Counted from the first letter of the stretch, positions 27,199-39,762 are shown. The stretch is DNA of 64,000 nt from Curvularia clavata (GCA_023920165.1 CP089277.1:806001-870000), one strand, 5' to 3'. Program-made: numbers and translations. The notes: generated by a model from the sequence alone, not told the origin.

Positions 27199-30100
27199 TT
27201 ATAGCACGTCCCAGATGTTACGAACGATTGGGCTCACTCCAGTCTGCACAGGGCTTCGAGGATCAGCCGTGGCCTTTTCTGGCGTCCACTGCCGGGAAAC
27301 CGGTTCTTCCCACGCGACATGACCATTTCGGCCGTCCTTGATCGTTTCGTTCGATGAGACTGGACTCGCATCTTCGCCAGGGCTCTGGATCTCGAAACGG
27401 AAGGGGTTCCTTGTAAACTCTTCGGCCCGTGGTGACATGAGAGCGTCAATGTCGTCTGCAGCATGTTGAGGAACCGATGCCTTTGGTAGTTTTGACTGGA
27501 TCTCTGTCTGCAGCTTGTGCAGTTTCCGTTGCTCGCTCATGTTCGGGGAGGAAAACCTTGTTCGAATCGTCTTTCCAGGAGTGGCAAGGAATGTTTCACT
27601 GGGAGACCGAGGGGTAGATGGAGCTTTGGGAAGCGCTGCCATTGTTGACACATGCGGGCCACCATGGCTCAGACCTTGCTTCGCAGGGGAGTTGCTAAGA
27701 CTATCGACTCGAGAGTCCGCTAGTTGAAACTGTTTCGGTGCAGACATGGAGAGCGAGGCCGGAGGCTCGAAGATTGAATGTGTTTGTGCTGTGCCGTCCA
27801 GGGATGCGAAGCCATTGAAGGTTTGATGCGCAGGTGGCAGAATGGCCTGGAACGAGGGTCTTCGATCCTCTGGTTCGAGACCTTTGAGCGTTGCTATGCT
27901 ACTGGGCCTATCAAAAGGATTGAACTCTGCTCTAGTTGGTGAAGTTAAGCCAAAAGGATCCTCGTCTCCTGACCGGGGTTTCAATGGAGTCATGTGGAAT
28001 TCGGCGGCGCGTGGCGATTTCATCTCATCATCCAAATGATCGTTGGAGCTGGTAAAGATATCCTTTGAGAAATGGGTTTTCACTGGCGAAACGATCTCAG
28101 AAGACTCGGCATCGTGGTCATGATAAGTCTTAGAAGGTGCCGGCTGTTCAAGGTGGAACGAAGTACCATTCGGCGACAAGGGACCGTGGGACTCATCAGT
28201 ATGATCTTGCGTAGTTGTAGATAAGTGAGAGTTGGAGTGGCGTGACGGCTTTGCTGAAGACGGACCATCCACTGCTCGCGAAGTGAGACCGGGCTCTTCA
28301 TCATCCAAGTCGTAGCCCGCTGGCCATGGATTGTCAAAAGATGTTTTGATTGGTGACATGATGCCGGAGTCTGATGCGCCGTAGGAAGGGAAGGTAGGTA
28401 TGTTGAAACTTGCAACAGCAGGCGATCTCAAGGGCTGCATTCCAGATGGCTGCAGAGGAGCTAAATGCCTCTCTTCGGTTCTGAACGGAGCACCCTCATC
28501 GTCGCCATGGCTGGGCCGTAATCGGAGTTGCCGGGAGAAGTTGGGAAAAGATGGTGGCTGGGCATCGTCTGGTGATTGTGGGGCTGCTTCGCTGCTGGAG
28601 GTATCTTCAGTGTGGATAGCCGGCACATCATTGCTAGTCACTGAAACCGTGGGGACGGTTTGGTCTTTGGGCTCGACATATGGGGAGTTGGTTGACGTTG
28701 GCTCAGATGGAAGGTCAAAATGCGGTGGACTGGAGTCCCAAGACCTACGGAAACCCGGCGAGAAAGCACCAGTGGGCGCTGACAGTGGACCTGGGGAGAT
28801 GGATATCATGTTTCCGGTACTAGCACGCTGCATATTCATGTCGCAATCAGGAGGAAGAGGTGCCGTGCGCGGAGTACGTGATCCGGAGCCGTTATCTCGA
28901 TCGTACGAGTACTTGTTCGTTGATGTTGGAAGACCAGCAGAGCGTCGACCGTAGCCTTGGTTGTGATATGAGCGGCTTTCGTTCTGCCTCAACAAGCTAT
29001 TGCGGAACTCCTGCAGTTGCATGATAAGATTCATGTTAGGTCCAATCCACTTGCTTCGCTTCTTGGCTTTGTCGTAGGCTTCTTGCACGCTCATCTGTGG
29101 ATCTTTGTAGAGGCCATAGGCGACGATCAGACTGGCAGAACGGCTCACACCGCATTGACAATGGATGAGCACGCGCTTTCCTTGCTGAACCCTCTCGTCT
29201 ATCATCCTTACAAGCTTGTGGAGGTCCGGTACGATGTCCGTGTTATGCTCCCACGGCATGTGGATGTACTCTGGTGTTTTGTATGTCTGGCCTTCAATGA
29301 CAACCTCTCGTGGCTGTATGGTTTGCATGACTGGCGGTGTGGCCTTGGGTGTCGTTGGGGAGTTGTCGTCCATGCCAAACGACTGCTTAGGTTTTTGCGC
29401 AAGGGAAGCAAAATCAATATTCTCGGCCGGTGGACCATCTACACGCCTAGCGTCGATGTCCTTTTGCCATTCTCCTGAAGGAGCAGTGAAGGGATTTTTG
29501 ACCTCACTTGCAACATTGATAATTACATCGAAAGTTGTGGCCTGGATAGCGGTGGGTTCGAAGTAGAGATATACACCGGCCTCGTATATGCAAATGGGGC
29601 CATTGGGATATGCTGCTGGCTTTTCCTCGCGCGATTGAGGAACATCAAAGTTTGGCTCTTGGTCTTCCTCTTCTTCCATCTCAAATGGTACTTCGGAGAG
29701 GCCAGTCGGTTTGGTCACAATGGGACGTGGAGGCAGCTGCATGCCACCCAAGGGGTTTGTACTCGGCGAACATAATGGTAGCGAAGGAGATGATTGAAAA
29801 TGGCGAAGGGGGGGACGGTTGAAGGAAGGTGTTGAGGGTATGAGAAGGCGTACTGGTTTGTTATCTGTGCTACCAGGCGTCGATATTGTCAGACTCAGAT
29901 TCGAGGGTCTTCGCTTAGGCGGCGTTGGTGGCTTGATGAACAATGGTGATGGAGGCGCCGAACTATTCTTCTCCTTTGGAGCCACGGCAATGGGCGCTGG
30001 GGTATGCGATCGCAGGTTACTCAGCGATGATGTTGTGTTGATACCAAGATTCTTGAGATTGCGGGGCTTCTTCGCAGGTGTTGTTGGCCGTTGCAGCTCG

Positions 30101-30687
30101 AAAAAGGTACCTGATGAGTCTCCCGATGGCTGATCGGTCCTCCTTGACCTAAAGTCAGCCACGAACGACGAGGGAGCGAGCGTTCTTCCAAGAGGAGACT
30201 CTGGCGAAACACCTGGAGACGGGTCTGTCACGGACGATGAATCCATGGTTGATATGGTAGTGGTAGGCGAGTTGTCGGAGGAGGCTGTTGAGTTGCTTTC
30301 CCGGCTTTCGCTGTGAATATGAAACGAGGAGAAGGGTGTACCCGACGTTGGGCTTGTCGCTGGTCGCTGTAGATTAACGCCATTCCCGTTTGCTTGGCCC
30401 TTGTTGTGGTTTTCTCCCCCGAAAACAGCGCCAAACGAGGGTAAGGGCATGAATGATCGCGGACTAGTCTGCACCATACTGGGTCTTTGAGTTGTTGTCT
30501 GCGGTGCGGGCGGCAGACAGCGAGCGCGTCGAGGCCAACGAGGTTGGGGTAAGGCCGAAGGTAAGGTGCGACAGTGCGCAATGGAGTGCTCAAGTGTGTT
30601 GGAAGGGAAGGAAGAATTAGATGTAGAGAAAGCCTTTTTCGAGGCCGGACTGTCAGCGTCGTGAACTATTGTGGGCAAGGCAGACAT
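27199..30687 (-). CDS. Dual-specificity (MAP kinase) phosphatase, Pmp1/Msg5-like. Start ATG 30687 or 30477
   Basis: Catalytic signature VLIHCQCGVSRSASLIVAY, followed by IGPNMNLIMQL and preceded by YIHMPWEH. Flanked by long Ser/Pro-rich regions. Confidence 0.88.
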   Translation of the reverse strand: MSALPTIVHDADSPASKKAFSTSNSSFPSNTLEHSIAHCRTLPSALPQPRWPRRARCLPPAPQTTTQRPSMVQTSPRSFMPLPSFGAVFGGENHNKGQANGNGVNLQRPATSPTSGTPFSSFHIHSESRESNSTASSDNSPTTTISTMDSSSVTDPSPGVSPESPLGRTLAPSSFVADFRSRRTDQPSGDSSGTFFELQRPTTPAKKPRNLKNLGINTTSSLSNLRSHTPAPIAVAPKEKNSSAPPSPLFIKPPTPPKRRPSNLSLTISTPGSTDNKPVRLLIPSTPSFNRPPLRHFQSSPSLPLCSPSTNPLGGMQLPPRPIVTKPTGLSEVPFEMEEEEDQEPNFDVPQSREEKPAAYPNGPICIYEAGVYLYFEPTAIQATTFDVIINVASEVKNPFTAPSGEWQKDIDARRVDGPPAENIDFASLAQKPKQSFGMDDNSPTTPKATPPVMQTIQPREVVIEGQTYKTPEYIHMPWEHNTDIVPDLHKLVRMIDERVQQGKRVLIHCQCGVSRSASLIVAYGLYKDPQMSVQEAYDKAKKRSKWIGPNMNLIMQLQEFRNSLLRQNESRSYHNQGYGRRSAGLPTSTNKYSYDRDNGSGSRTPRTAPLPPDCDMNMQRASTGNMISISPGPLSAPTGAFSPGFRRSWDSSPPHFDLPSEPTSTNSPYVEPKDQTVPTVSVTSNDVPAIHTEDTSSSEAAPQSPDDAQPPSFPNFSRQLRLRPSHGDDEGAPFRTEERHLAPLQPSGMQPLRSPAVASFNIPTFPSYGASDSGIMSPIKTSFDNPWPAGYDLDDEEPGLTSRAVDGPSSAKPSRHSNSHLSTTTQDHTDESHGPLSPNGTSFHLEQPAPSKTYHDHDAESSEIVSPVKTHFSKDIFTSSNDHLDDEMKSPRAAEFHMTPLKPRSGDEDPFGLTSPTRAEFNPFDRPSSIATLKGLEPEDRRPSFQAILPPAHQTFNGFASLDGTAQTHSIFEPPASLSMSAPKQFQLADSRVDSLSNSPAKQGLSHGGPHVSTMAALPKAPSTPRSPSETFLATPGKTIRTRFSSPNMSEQRKLHKLQTEIQSKLPKASVPQHAADDIDALMSPRAEEFTRNPFRFEIQSPGEDASPVSSNETIKDGRNGHVAWEEPVSRQWTPEKATADPRSPVQTGVSPIVRNIWDVL

Positions 30688-33600
30688 GACAAGCGCATGT
30701 GTTTCGAAACGTGGAATGGGCAACGGGGGGCAGTAAGGGATAGAGGGTGGAGGCGACGTCCATCGAGGGTGTTCTCGACTCGAGTGTTGACAAGACTGGT
30801 GGTGGTGGTGGTGGTGGTGCACATTTGACGGTTGCCCGTACAGCGCCTTGGTCACACAGGCATAATGGCCAGACAGACAACAAACGAGGCAGGGGGGGTT
30901 GCGGACGTGGGGCAAAGGGGAGAGGGAAAAATAAGAGAGGGAGCAGCTTACCTGGTTGCCGGCGGCAATGGGGAGCAGCAGCGGCGGTGGCAGTGGTGGT
31001 GGTGAAGGGGAGCGAGAATACCAGATCCTCACTAAGCGCCTGAGGGAAGGAGCGACTGGGGCGGCGATGCGCCTATGCCTGGGAGAAAGCGGCGCAGAGA
31101 GGCAGAAAAAGTCGGCCGGGGGCGCCGGAGAGCGTCGTGGACGAGATGGTGTTGGTGGTAGGCGGCGGTGGTGGTGAGGAGGGCGTCACGGTCTCGATGA
31201 GGGTCAGGGCCTGGGCCACGGCCACGGATTGTACGTTGCGACACACACGAGGGAGAATGGAGACGAGGTGTTGTGCAGCGTAACGTGTGGTGACCAGCTT
31301 GGGATGGCGGACGAGGGAAGCCGGTCGGTGGCAGAGCCGCTGCCGCCTGTGTGTTTGGGGGGTCGTGGGGAGGCGGGCAGGCAGGCAGGCAAGCAGGCAG
31401 GCGGGCGGTGGTCAAGGGATTGAGGCGGCGTGAATGCGTCGCTCTCTTGTCCCGTCCATGGGGGCAGACGAACCAGGGCAGCCACGCTAGCCGTGCCTGC
31501 TGTGTGCAAGCGCCGACGTCCAGGAATAGCAACCGCCAGCCGTGCGCTACGAGGCAGCTGCGACCACTAGCACGCCAGCAACCCTACCGCCGCGGTACAC
31601 GACGCCCGCTGGCCGGGCCACAGCCTGCCCTCTCGACTGTCGCCGCCATTCTTGTCTGCGCGAACGACTTCACGCCCATTTGCCCTCTCCGTCTCCGTCT
31701 CTCCGCTCTGATGACGCATCCGCCTCCCATCCTCTGTCCTGGCCCGGCCGCTCATCAGCCACTCATCACCACCGCCGGCCGCCCATCCACTGCCCTTCCT
31801 TGCCCCCCGGCCAGCCTTCCTAGCTGAGGGGAAAATCGCCCAGCATCCCTCCCCCCCCTGGAACCCCCCATCATCAACGGCGGGAAGGCCTAGACGACCA
31901 GCCTTGGGACGAGGCTGGAAGGGGTTGTGCCGCCCCGTCCCTGGTGCAGCCACCGCCCACCAGAGCAGCCCGTCTCTAGCCCCAAGTGCACATGAATTAA
32001 TTTCTCCCACTCGTGGTGCCGCTCGACTGCCTTCACCACGGCTTGCCGAGGCATGCAAAACAGTCGGAGCAGACATCTCTGACGTGAAACGCAACATGGG
32101 AAAGCCGTCGACCCACCGGTTGCTTCGTTGGCGGGGTGAAAGCGCGGCAGCCTGCAGCGTCACCTGCATCCCTGGTCATGTGAGCACTATACCGCACGTT
32201 TCACCTGGTTCCCCTCGGTTTCGAAAGCTAGCCAGCCTCACAGCGCCCAAACTCAATCACGACTTATTTGCAAACCTCTTCACCACGCCTGCTGTCAACA
32301 GTCGCAGCCTCCCCCCACCCTTGCATCAGTATTTTCTTTTTTTCTTCTCTTTGGGCCCTCAGGCACACGGATCATCGACCGCCCTTTCTTTGAGCCCCAT
32401 CCCGTCCGCCTGCACCACGTGTGTTTCAGTAGCCAAAGCGGTGGCGATTCGTGCACCCCTGTGAAGATCCATCGATTCTGCTCGTGTCCCTCTCATCGAG
32501 GGGCACGTGCTAGCTCGACATTAGGAGAACATTATGTATTCATCAAGTCAGCGACTCATTCACGCCGTCTACCCACTTTCGCAACCCCAACACTATCCGT
32601 TGCACCACGGAGAGATCAGAGACTAGGCCAGTGCTGCTCCACGCATTCGCCCACGCGCATCTCACCACTTCTCTAATACACATCAGCACGACCACCCCAC
32701 AGTGATAACTTTTTTCAAATATTAGTCGATGGACTTCTTGTCACGTACACAGGGTCTGGAACCACTGTCAGCACCATGAGCGCCACTCCTCTATCCCACG
32801 AGTATCGGTCCGCCTACCAAACACATGCCTTGATCACATTCACACCCTATTATTAGCTTGTGCTTTACATGGTTCCCTAGAACTGCATCTTTATACTTTG
32901 CTTTGTTTTTGTTTTTTGCGCTTTGGCCAGAGGCCGAGCGTAAAGTAGCAGCATTCAACACACTATCGAACCATTTGCTGCCCCTGTCAAATGCTGGTAC
33001 GAGCGCTGTGTGTTTGTACACATTTTATGTGCAAGGATGCTGCGAGCATTCTTCTATGAGTCGTCATGGCAATAGAGTTTGTTGTCGGCTGCACTCTCAG
33101 AGGGGCTGTTGCACGGGACAACTAGTGCAGTCAGTAGAGACGTGTGTGTAATACTGCAAACGTTAAATACCTATTTTGATGCTGAAGTTAGTCCGCAAAT
33201 CGTACCAGCTGAAATGAATAGGTATATTGGGACAAGGGGCCCTGCATCCTCATTGCTGTCAGGTGAATGGTTTGTGTTGAATCAGGAAGAAAGATGAGAT
33301 GAGATGATTCTACTCTACATGAGATGAGTGCACCTGATATAGGTGTGCGTACAAAGAGACAAATATCCCATCTGTTTTTACATAAGATAGAGCTGGAGCT
33401 AACTAGAAACCAGCCGTTTCATGTAATCATATCCAGTTGCTCGTCCTGGCTGTTCGGCTGCAACAGAGTGCGGTCCCACGACCACATGGTTCTATGCATG
33501 CGCGCTATAGTAAATCAGTCCTATACAATTCAAAAGCCATGCAAATCAATATCAGAATTCCACAGTATCACCTCATACCATGTTCAGTCTCGAGTTGTCT

Positions 33601-33775
33601 GGATCTGGTAGGTGAGGTGGTGAGCGTGAAGGCAGCGCTAGCCCAAAACCCGCCGAGCCCCAATGCGGTATAGCGCGCCCACTCGAAATTCGCTCGCTTC
33701 TGAACATCGCAAAAATCCGACGACGACTTCTCTTTTGCGACAACTAACCATCCAGGTCAATTCACAACAGCCACC

Positions 33776-35245
33776 ATGTCGAGGCCAACCGTCACCGTCG
33801 TCTCCGCCAAGGGCGAGGTCACCCAGGACACCATCCCCGTCCCCAATGTCTTCAAGGTCAGTTCCGCCGTCGACACCGAAATTCGCGATACGACGCAACC
33901 AGCAATTCGAGGCACAGACTGAGAGAGAAGCTACAATAAATGCGTATACAAGGGAATCTGGAAGAGGAGGACACACGGCTGTAAATTGCTTGCTTGTATT
34001 GAGCTGGATCATTCGTGGGGTTCTTGCCGCGTCACGACGAAAACTTTCAGGTCCTGCAGTCACGCTGGTCGTCTCTCTCTCAGTCTGCTCCTCTGTTGTA
34101 TTGCGAGCATGCTGCATTTTGCCGTACACCCCACCAATACTCAATGCTAACAAGTAGTAGGCTCCCATCCGCCCTGATGTCGTCCACGCGGTGCACACTG
34201 GCATGAACAAGAACCGCCGCCAGCCCTACGCTGTGTAAGCCTTTCTCGCAAGCTGGCACCGTCAATTGATCTAACAGCATACAGCTCCGAGAAGGCTGGT
34301 CACCAAACCTCTGCCGAGTCCTGGGGTACTGGTCGCGCTGTTGCCCGTATTCCCCGTGTCTCTGGTGGTGGTACTCACCGTGCTGGTCAGGCTGCTTTCG
34401 GTAACATGTGCCGCTCTGGCCGCATGTTCGCTCCCACCAAGGTCTGGCGCAAGTGGCACCAGAAGATCAACCTGAACCAGAAGCGCTTCGCTACCGCCTC
34501 TGCGCTCGCTGCTTCAGGAAGCCCTGCTCTTCTCCTCGCCCGCGGCCACGCCATCAGCACCGTCCCTGAGGTTCCCCTCGTCGTCTCATCGACTGCTTTC
34601 GCCGATGCTGCCATCAAGAAGACCTCCGCTGCCGTTGCTCTGCTCAAGGCCGTCGGTGCCGGTGCCGACGTCGAGAAGGCCCGCAACTCTCGCAAGCTCC
34701 GCGCTGGTAAGGGTAAGCTCCGTGGTCGCCGCCACAAGCAGCGCCGTGGACCTCTTGTCATCTACAACCCCGAGGAGGATGGCAAGGAGCTTGTCCTTGC
34801 TTTCCGCAACATCCCAGGTGTTGAGACTTCCTCTGTCTACTCCCTGAACCTTCTCCAGCTCGCCCCCGGTGGTCACCTCGGCCGCTTCATCGTCTGGACC
34901 TCCTCCGCTTTCAGCGCTCTCGACAAGGTCTACGGCACCACCTCCGAGCCCTCTGCTCTCAAGAAGGACTTCCTCCTCCCATCCCCCATGATGGCCCAGC
35001 CCGACCTTAGCAAGATCATCAACTCCAGCGATGTCCAGAAGGTCCTCCGCCCCGTCCGTGGCGGAGCCGTCTCCAAGCGCAGCCACACCCAGAAGAAGAA
35101 CCCTCTCAAGAACTTCCAGGTGCAGCTCCGCCTCAACCCATACGCTGCTACCTTCTCCAAGGAGAAGCTTGGCCAGAAGAAGATCGAGGCTGGCAAGCCC
35201 GAGCCTGCCGCCGAGACATTCCTCGAGCTCCTCCGTGAGGCTTAG
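33776..35245 (+). CDS. RPL4: 60S ribosomal protein uL4. Exons 33776-33856, 34161-34234, 34285-35245
   Basis: Spliced product MSRPTVTV...VFKAPIRPD...[31 protein letters not shown]...[14 protein letters not shown]. Extreme codon bias. Confidence 0.98.
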
Positions 35246-35660
35246 ATGGTTGTTGGTTAGCGTTATGATTTTCTAAGGTGTTCTCTCTTCGGCTGGGATG
35301 GACTGCAATGATGAATGGCTATGACAAACGTAGCTTTCATAAAATACCTCATGAAAAGGTTACTTTCATGTTTTGCCAATTGGCTTCTTCATGTACCTGT
35401 CCATCTTTGTGATGTCTTTGTTTACTGGATGTTTGTGATGTGACTTGATTATGCAAAGGACTTCTTGGTAGTATGAAGACCTTGCATGTGACTCGGTAGC
35501 AAAATAGTGATGGTTTGCTAACCTAATATACATTTTGACCCCAGCGCTCTGTCTGTGTGACGCTGATATAACCCCCCCAAACGCCATCGCTATGCATACA
35601 ATTAAAAAAAAAAGAATTACGTGTCCATGACAGCCACTCTCGCACCCAAAGACAAGCAGC

Positions 35661-36762
35661 TCACTTGAAGAGTCTCTTCCCGCCTGTTCTGCCCATTGTC
35701 CTCTCCACTCCTTCTAGACTCATGCCCGCAAAACCCGCCCCACCGCCATCCCTATCTCGCTTGTATCTTCTGAGCGCCTCTCTCAAGTGTGCCGGCGTGA
35801 GCGGACCCTTGTCACATGCACGAAGTCTCTCCTGCAAACTGGCATTCTTATCGACTTCCTTCCAAATACTCTGTGTGCGATCGACCTGGTTCAAGTACCA
35901 CCCCGCGCCCTGGATGTCCGTGTTGGTCGGCTTGTTACGCTCGTCCTTGATATGGGCGCTGGGTCTGCCCAGGGTCTGACTTAAGATGGGAGCCGGTAAG
36001 TCTGGATTTGGCAGGTGAGTGCGTACGGCGGACCATTCGTCGCGGACTGTGAGGGCGCGGTCGATCAGTTCACCGATGAAGGTCTTGGAGTATGAAGTTA
36101 CGGCGATGATGATGGGCTGTGGCACGGACTGTGAGAGGGTTTGGTTGACGAGCTTGCGGACGGTTTCGCGCTTGAGACGGATGCGGCGGTAGGTCGCGTA
36201 GCGGTCCATTTGGGCGGGCGTCATGAATTCTTCTAGCATTCTAAACAGCGATGAGTTAGTAAGAGGGTGATTGTGAGGACTGTGGGCTCAAGGCAACATA
36301 CCGCTCATATTCTTTGTCCTTCTTGCGACGATCTTCAGCCTCTTTGCGGCGGGCCTCAGCCGTCATCCCTTCAATCTCCATGTCCATTTCCTCGGCCATC
36401 TCGGCTCCATAGTCGTCTTCGTCGTCGTCTACTTCTTCATCTTCGCCGCCGACTGCACTTCTGCCGTCACCGCTTTTGCCTCCTCGTACACTAGAGCCAG
36501 CAACACTTGCGCCATCGCCGCCCTTCTTGCGCTTCTTCTTGCCTCCAACCCCATTGACAACTGAGGTGGTGATGTTGCTTTCTACGGATGGTGATCGCGA
36601 GTATTGACGAGGAGAGCCGCCGATGGACTCGGCGTCGGGAGAGAACGCATTGCGCAGATTCGAGGGTTTGCGCTTCTTGGCTGGTACGCCGGAAATGGAG
36701 GATATACTGCCGCGCTTGCGGTTGCTGATGTTAAGTTGCGGGACGTGTGGTGGTGAGGCCAT
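35661..36762 (-). CDS. TAF11: TFIID subunit Taf11 (histone fold). Intron 36301-36241
   Basis: QMDRYATYRRIRL..VRKLVNQTLSQSVP...SKTFIGELIDRA...GPLTPAHLREALRRY. The GTATGT...CTAAC...TAG intron joins the two ORFs in frame. Confidence 0.92.
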
Positions 36763-37847
36763 GGTATTGCAGATGGAATTTTTTACGGCAAAGAATTAAG
36801 AGAGTATTTGCTTTGAAGAGTGCGCACAACTCTGAAAAGAGAGGCGGGGCGGTGGTGATCTCGTCCAGCTGTTCCGTCGCGCGACTTGCGGTAGTGGAGC
36901 GGAGTTGACCCCAAGTCGCGACCGTCGCCAAGCGATACGGTTAGCGCGTTTGCTCTATTCTGTTCGAATCACGTGACCGGGGATTTCGTCATTGCTGGAG
37001 TAGACCTGATGGCTGTATGCTTGGTCTTATAGCGAGTTTTTAGTTTCCTGTGTTTTTTTGTTATATACCTTGTCACTGGAGGTTTTCTTGATTAGAAGCG
37101 CAGGATTAGTTGCGCTTTCACTGTCTTGCCTAGACTTCAGTCAAGTCACGCAACACTCGACCTCGCAGTACGCCTTTCCAATTTCAGTCATAGCAGTTAC
37201 CCAGTGCCCTCAGGCAACAAGTTTCTGTTGGTATACTGAAGATCGTCGCCTACACCTCAATCTATACTCTTCTTGTGCTAGTATCCCATTACACCAATGC
37301 CGATGTGACACGCATATTGCCGCAAAACGGCTTGCATGTGAACATGCTAATCAAAGGCGGTCTATGTCCTCTTGTGGGGACAAAATCAAAGACTACAGTG
37401 ATGTTGTTACAGTGCTATCTTAGGGCGGGGCAGAAGTGTTCAGGTGACACCGAGATGCGGTGGATACACGCCTAATTTTGATAGTGAGAATGTGCAGAGG
37501 GTTTTCACAGCAAAGAAGGGAGACAGAGATGTGTGAATTTCGATACATATACATTTCTATCGTGTGTACAAGGTTATGGTTGGAGAATACTTTGTACACA
37601 GAAATCCAAGAGTTCCACTGTTAGTGTTAATTGTGATAGTTGACCTGCTAGCTTCGTACCAGATAATTCTTAATTCGATTATACCACTATGTTACCGCAA
37701 GTACGAGGCCGATCTCCCATCATAATCTAAAAAGGAGTATCATTAAACTACACTACGCTGAGGAAAAGCAACAAGACCCCCACTTGTAACTACATCCCAG
37801 TCCTCTCCCATACAAAACACTATGGTATCATGCCCCGAACCTCATAT

Positions 37848-38418
37848 CTATTTCTTTCCACCCCCCATCAAGCCCCCAACCCAACCACCTGCACTCTTCG
37901 CTCCATCAGCCACACTCCCCGCACCCCCCTTAACACCCTCAACAGCACTCTGTCCATATCCACCAAGCGGCCCCTGTCCCTCAAGCGGCCTCCCTTGCTC
38001 GTCCTTTCCGCCCCGTTCAGCACGGTTGATACCTTCTTTAGATAGGGCGTCGCCGATGGGCTGTGCGAGACCGCCTTGGCCCACTTGTCCGGTTACCAAG
38101 CCGTTTACGCCATCCTGCAGCTTGTCGACTTGTGGGACGCCTGTGACTTTGGTTTTGTCGAGGGTGTCTGGCGTGATGCGTTAGTGGGTGGTTGGAAGTG
38201 GAAATGGGAGGTGCTGTGAAACGGACGAGAGAGAATGGTGGATGGAGGATGAAGAGAAGAGACATACCTTGAGCGGCGTAACTGGCCTTGTTGTGCGATG
38301 TGAACCACTTGAGATACTGGTCCTCAATCCATGGCATCCAAGTCTCGTATTTCTGGTTATAGTAGTCGGTGGCGGCCTGCTTGTAGGTCTTTTGTTGCTG
38401 AGGTGCCTTGTCTGTCAT
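37848..38418 (-). CDS. Small hydrophilic, Gly-rich fungal hypothetical protein. Intron 38267-38168
   Basis: A canonical intron joins YYNQKYETWMPWIEDQYLKWF...YAAQ to DTLDKTKVTG...SKEGINRAERGGKD in frame. Confidence 0.8.
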
Positions 38419-39762
38419 TTTGACTGATTTCTGTTCGTCTGTGAGGCCTTCAGGAAATAAAGTCTTTGGTTGGTTCGAGAAAACTGTTTCGTAGGAATAT
38501 GGTGTAGCAATATTGAGGTAAAGCAGAAGGATAGATGGTTGATTAGTGCGCGTGTCTGTTATATACGTAAACTAGAAAAAAAGGAAACTTGTCTAGTCTA
38601 GGCAAACCACATGCAATATATATAATCATCTCTCTCTCTTCCATCATACACAAGGGCGACGCCTCAAACTTGGCTTAGGCCAAGATAGCCATCCAGCCAA
38701 CCAACCCACTCATCTTTCTCTCCGATGCCGTGTATACGACGCCATGCACGCCAGCGGTGATCTCATCTCCGATCGCCCCACCGCAGTGGGATAACGTAGC
38801 ATAGACAGAAAAATCAGGGTCTTTGGGCTGCCAACTTTCTAACCGGTTGTAATGCAGCCAGACGTTGATACGCGGCGCTTGACAGGGTGGTGGGGAGGGA
38901 ACGGTGTCCTACCTACGTCATCCGAACCAGTTAATCGAGCTCGCCGCCCCTCCCCAGCTGATCGTCCCGCCGCGCAGTGTGGAAACTTGCAAATCGTACA
39001 CCTGACTCACGCATACATACTGTGAGATTGGCTGGGTTTTCGCACAGGGTAAAGGGTTGTCAGGCCGGGATCCTGGCCGCGTGCGAGTCCTGTGATGATG
39101 CCGTTGGGTAGTTGCGAGAGAGGGAAGTGGGAAGCTGGACGCGGGACGCGGGAGGATGGTGGCTGTGTGGCTCTAGATGCGCGCCACAGACCTGAGACAC
39201 GGCTTGATGGTGATCGGGGTCTTGAGTAGTGTAGCCAGGATATCGTTGGCATGTCGAGATAGCAATCTGCATAGCTTCACGTGCTGAGTTGAGTTTTCTT
39301 CTATCGTAAGAAGTTGATTCGCATATTGTACATAACGTAGAACTTGCTCAACCAGTGGGGGTACCATGATCTGCCCAAGCTATCGCCTTGACTGATTAGT
39401 AGTCGTAGCGGTGAGACCGCTCGCAGAGAATGATAGCTTGAGATGCCATACTCATACATTGAAAGATGCAGTAGCCATCGCAACGTAGGTCGTCGCAACG
39501 GATGTCATCGCATTCTATGGGAAGACCGCAAACGCCGACCAACTCGACAAAAAACAAAGCAATAGAGCTTTTTTGTTTCAAAATTTCCTTTGAATCGGTC
39601 TGGTGATGGTGGTAAGACTTTTCGCAAACACGTTGCTTTACTCGCTCAATGCGCACATTCTTCGTCCTACAATGCCTCTTTTCCTTGGACGCGCGATTTG
39701 TGAATTGAAGCCAGCTCATACGCAAGCAACGCCGAAGCAGCTAGTGACGTTGTTTCCAAGCT

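Noticed and set aside
31032..32464. Several 150-200-aa ORFs upstream of the phosphatase
   Set aside because: GC-rich regulatory region with simple repeats (GCAG)n and no coding signal.
8021..36762. MOT1 and TAF11 (both TBP partners) in one window as a functional cluster
   Set aside because: They are over 21 kb apart with unrelated genes between them; chance is a sufficient explanation.
39091..39197. Possible C/D snoRNA (GTGATGA ... CTGA about 100 nt apart)
   Set aside because: The terminal stem is only about 3 bp, there are no clear C'/D' boxes, and no convincing rRNA-complementary guide lies upstream of the D box.
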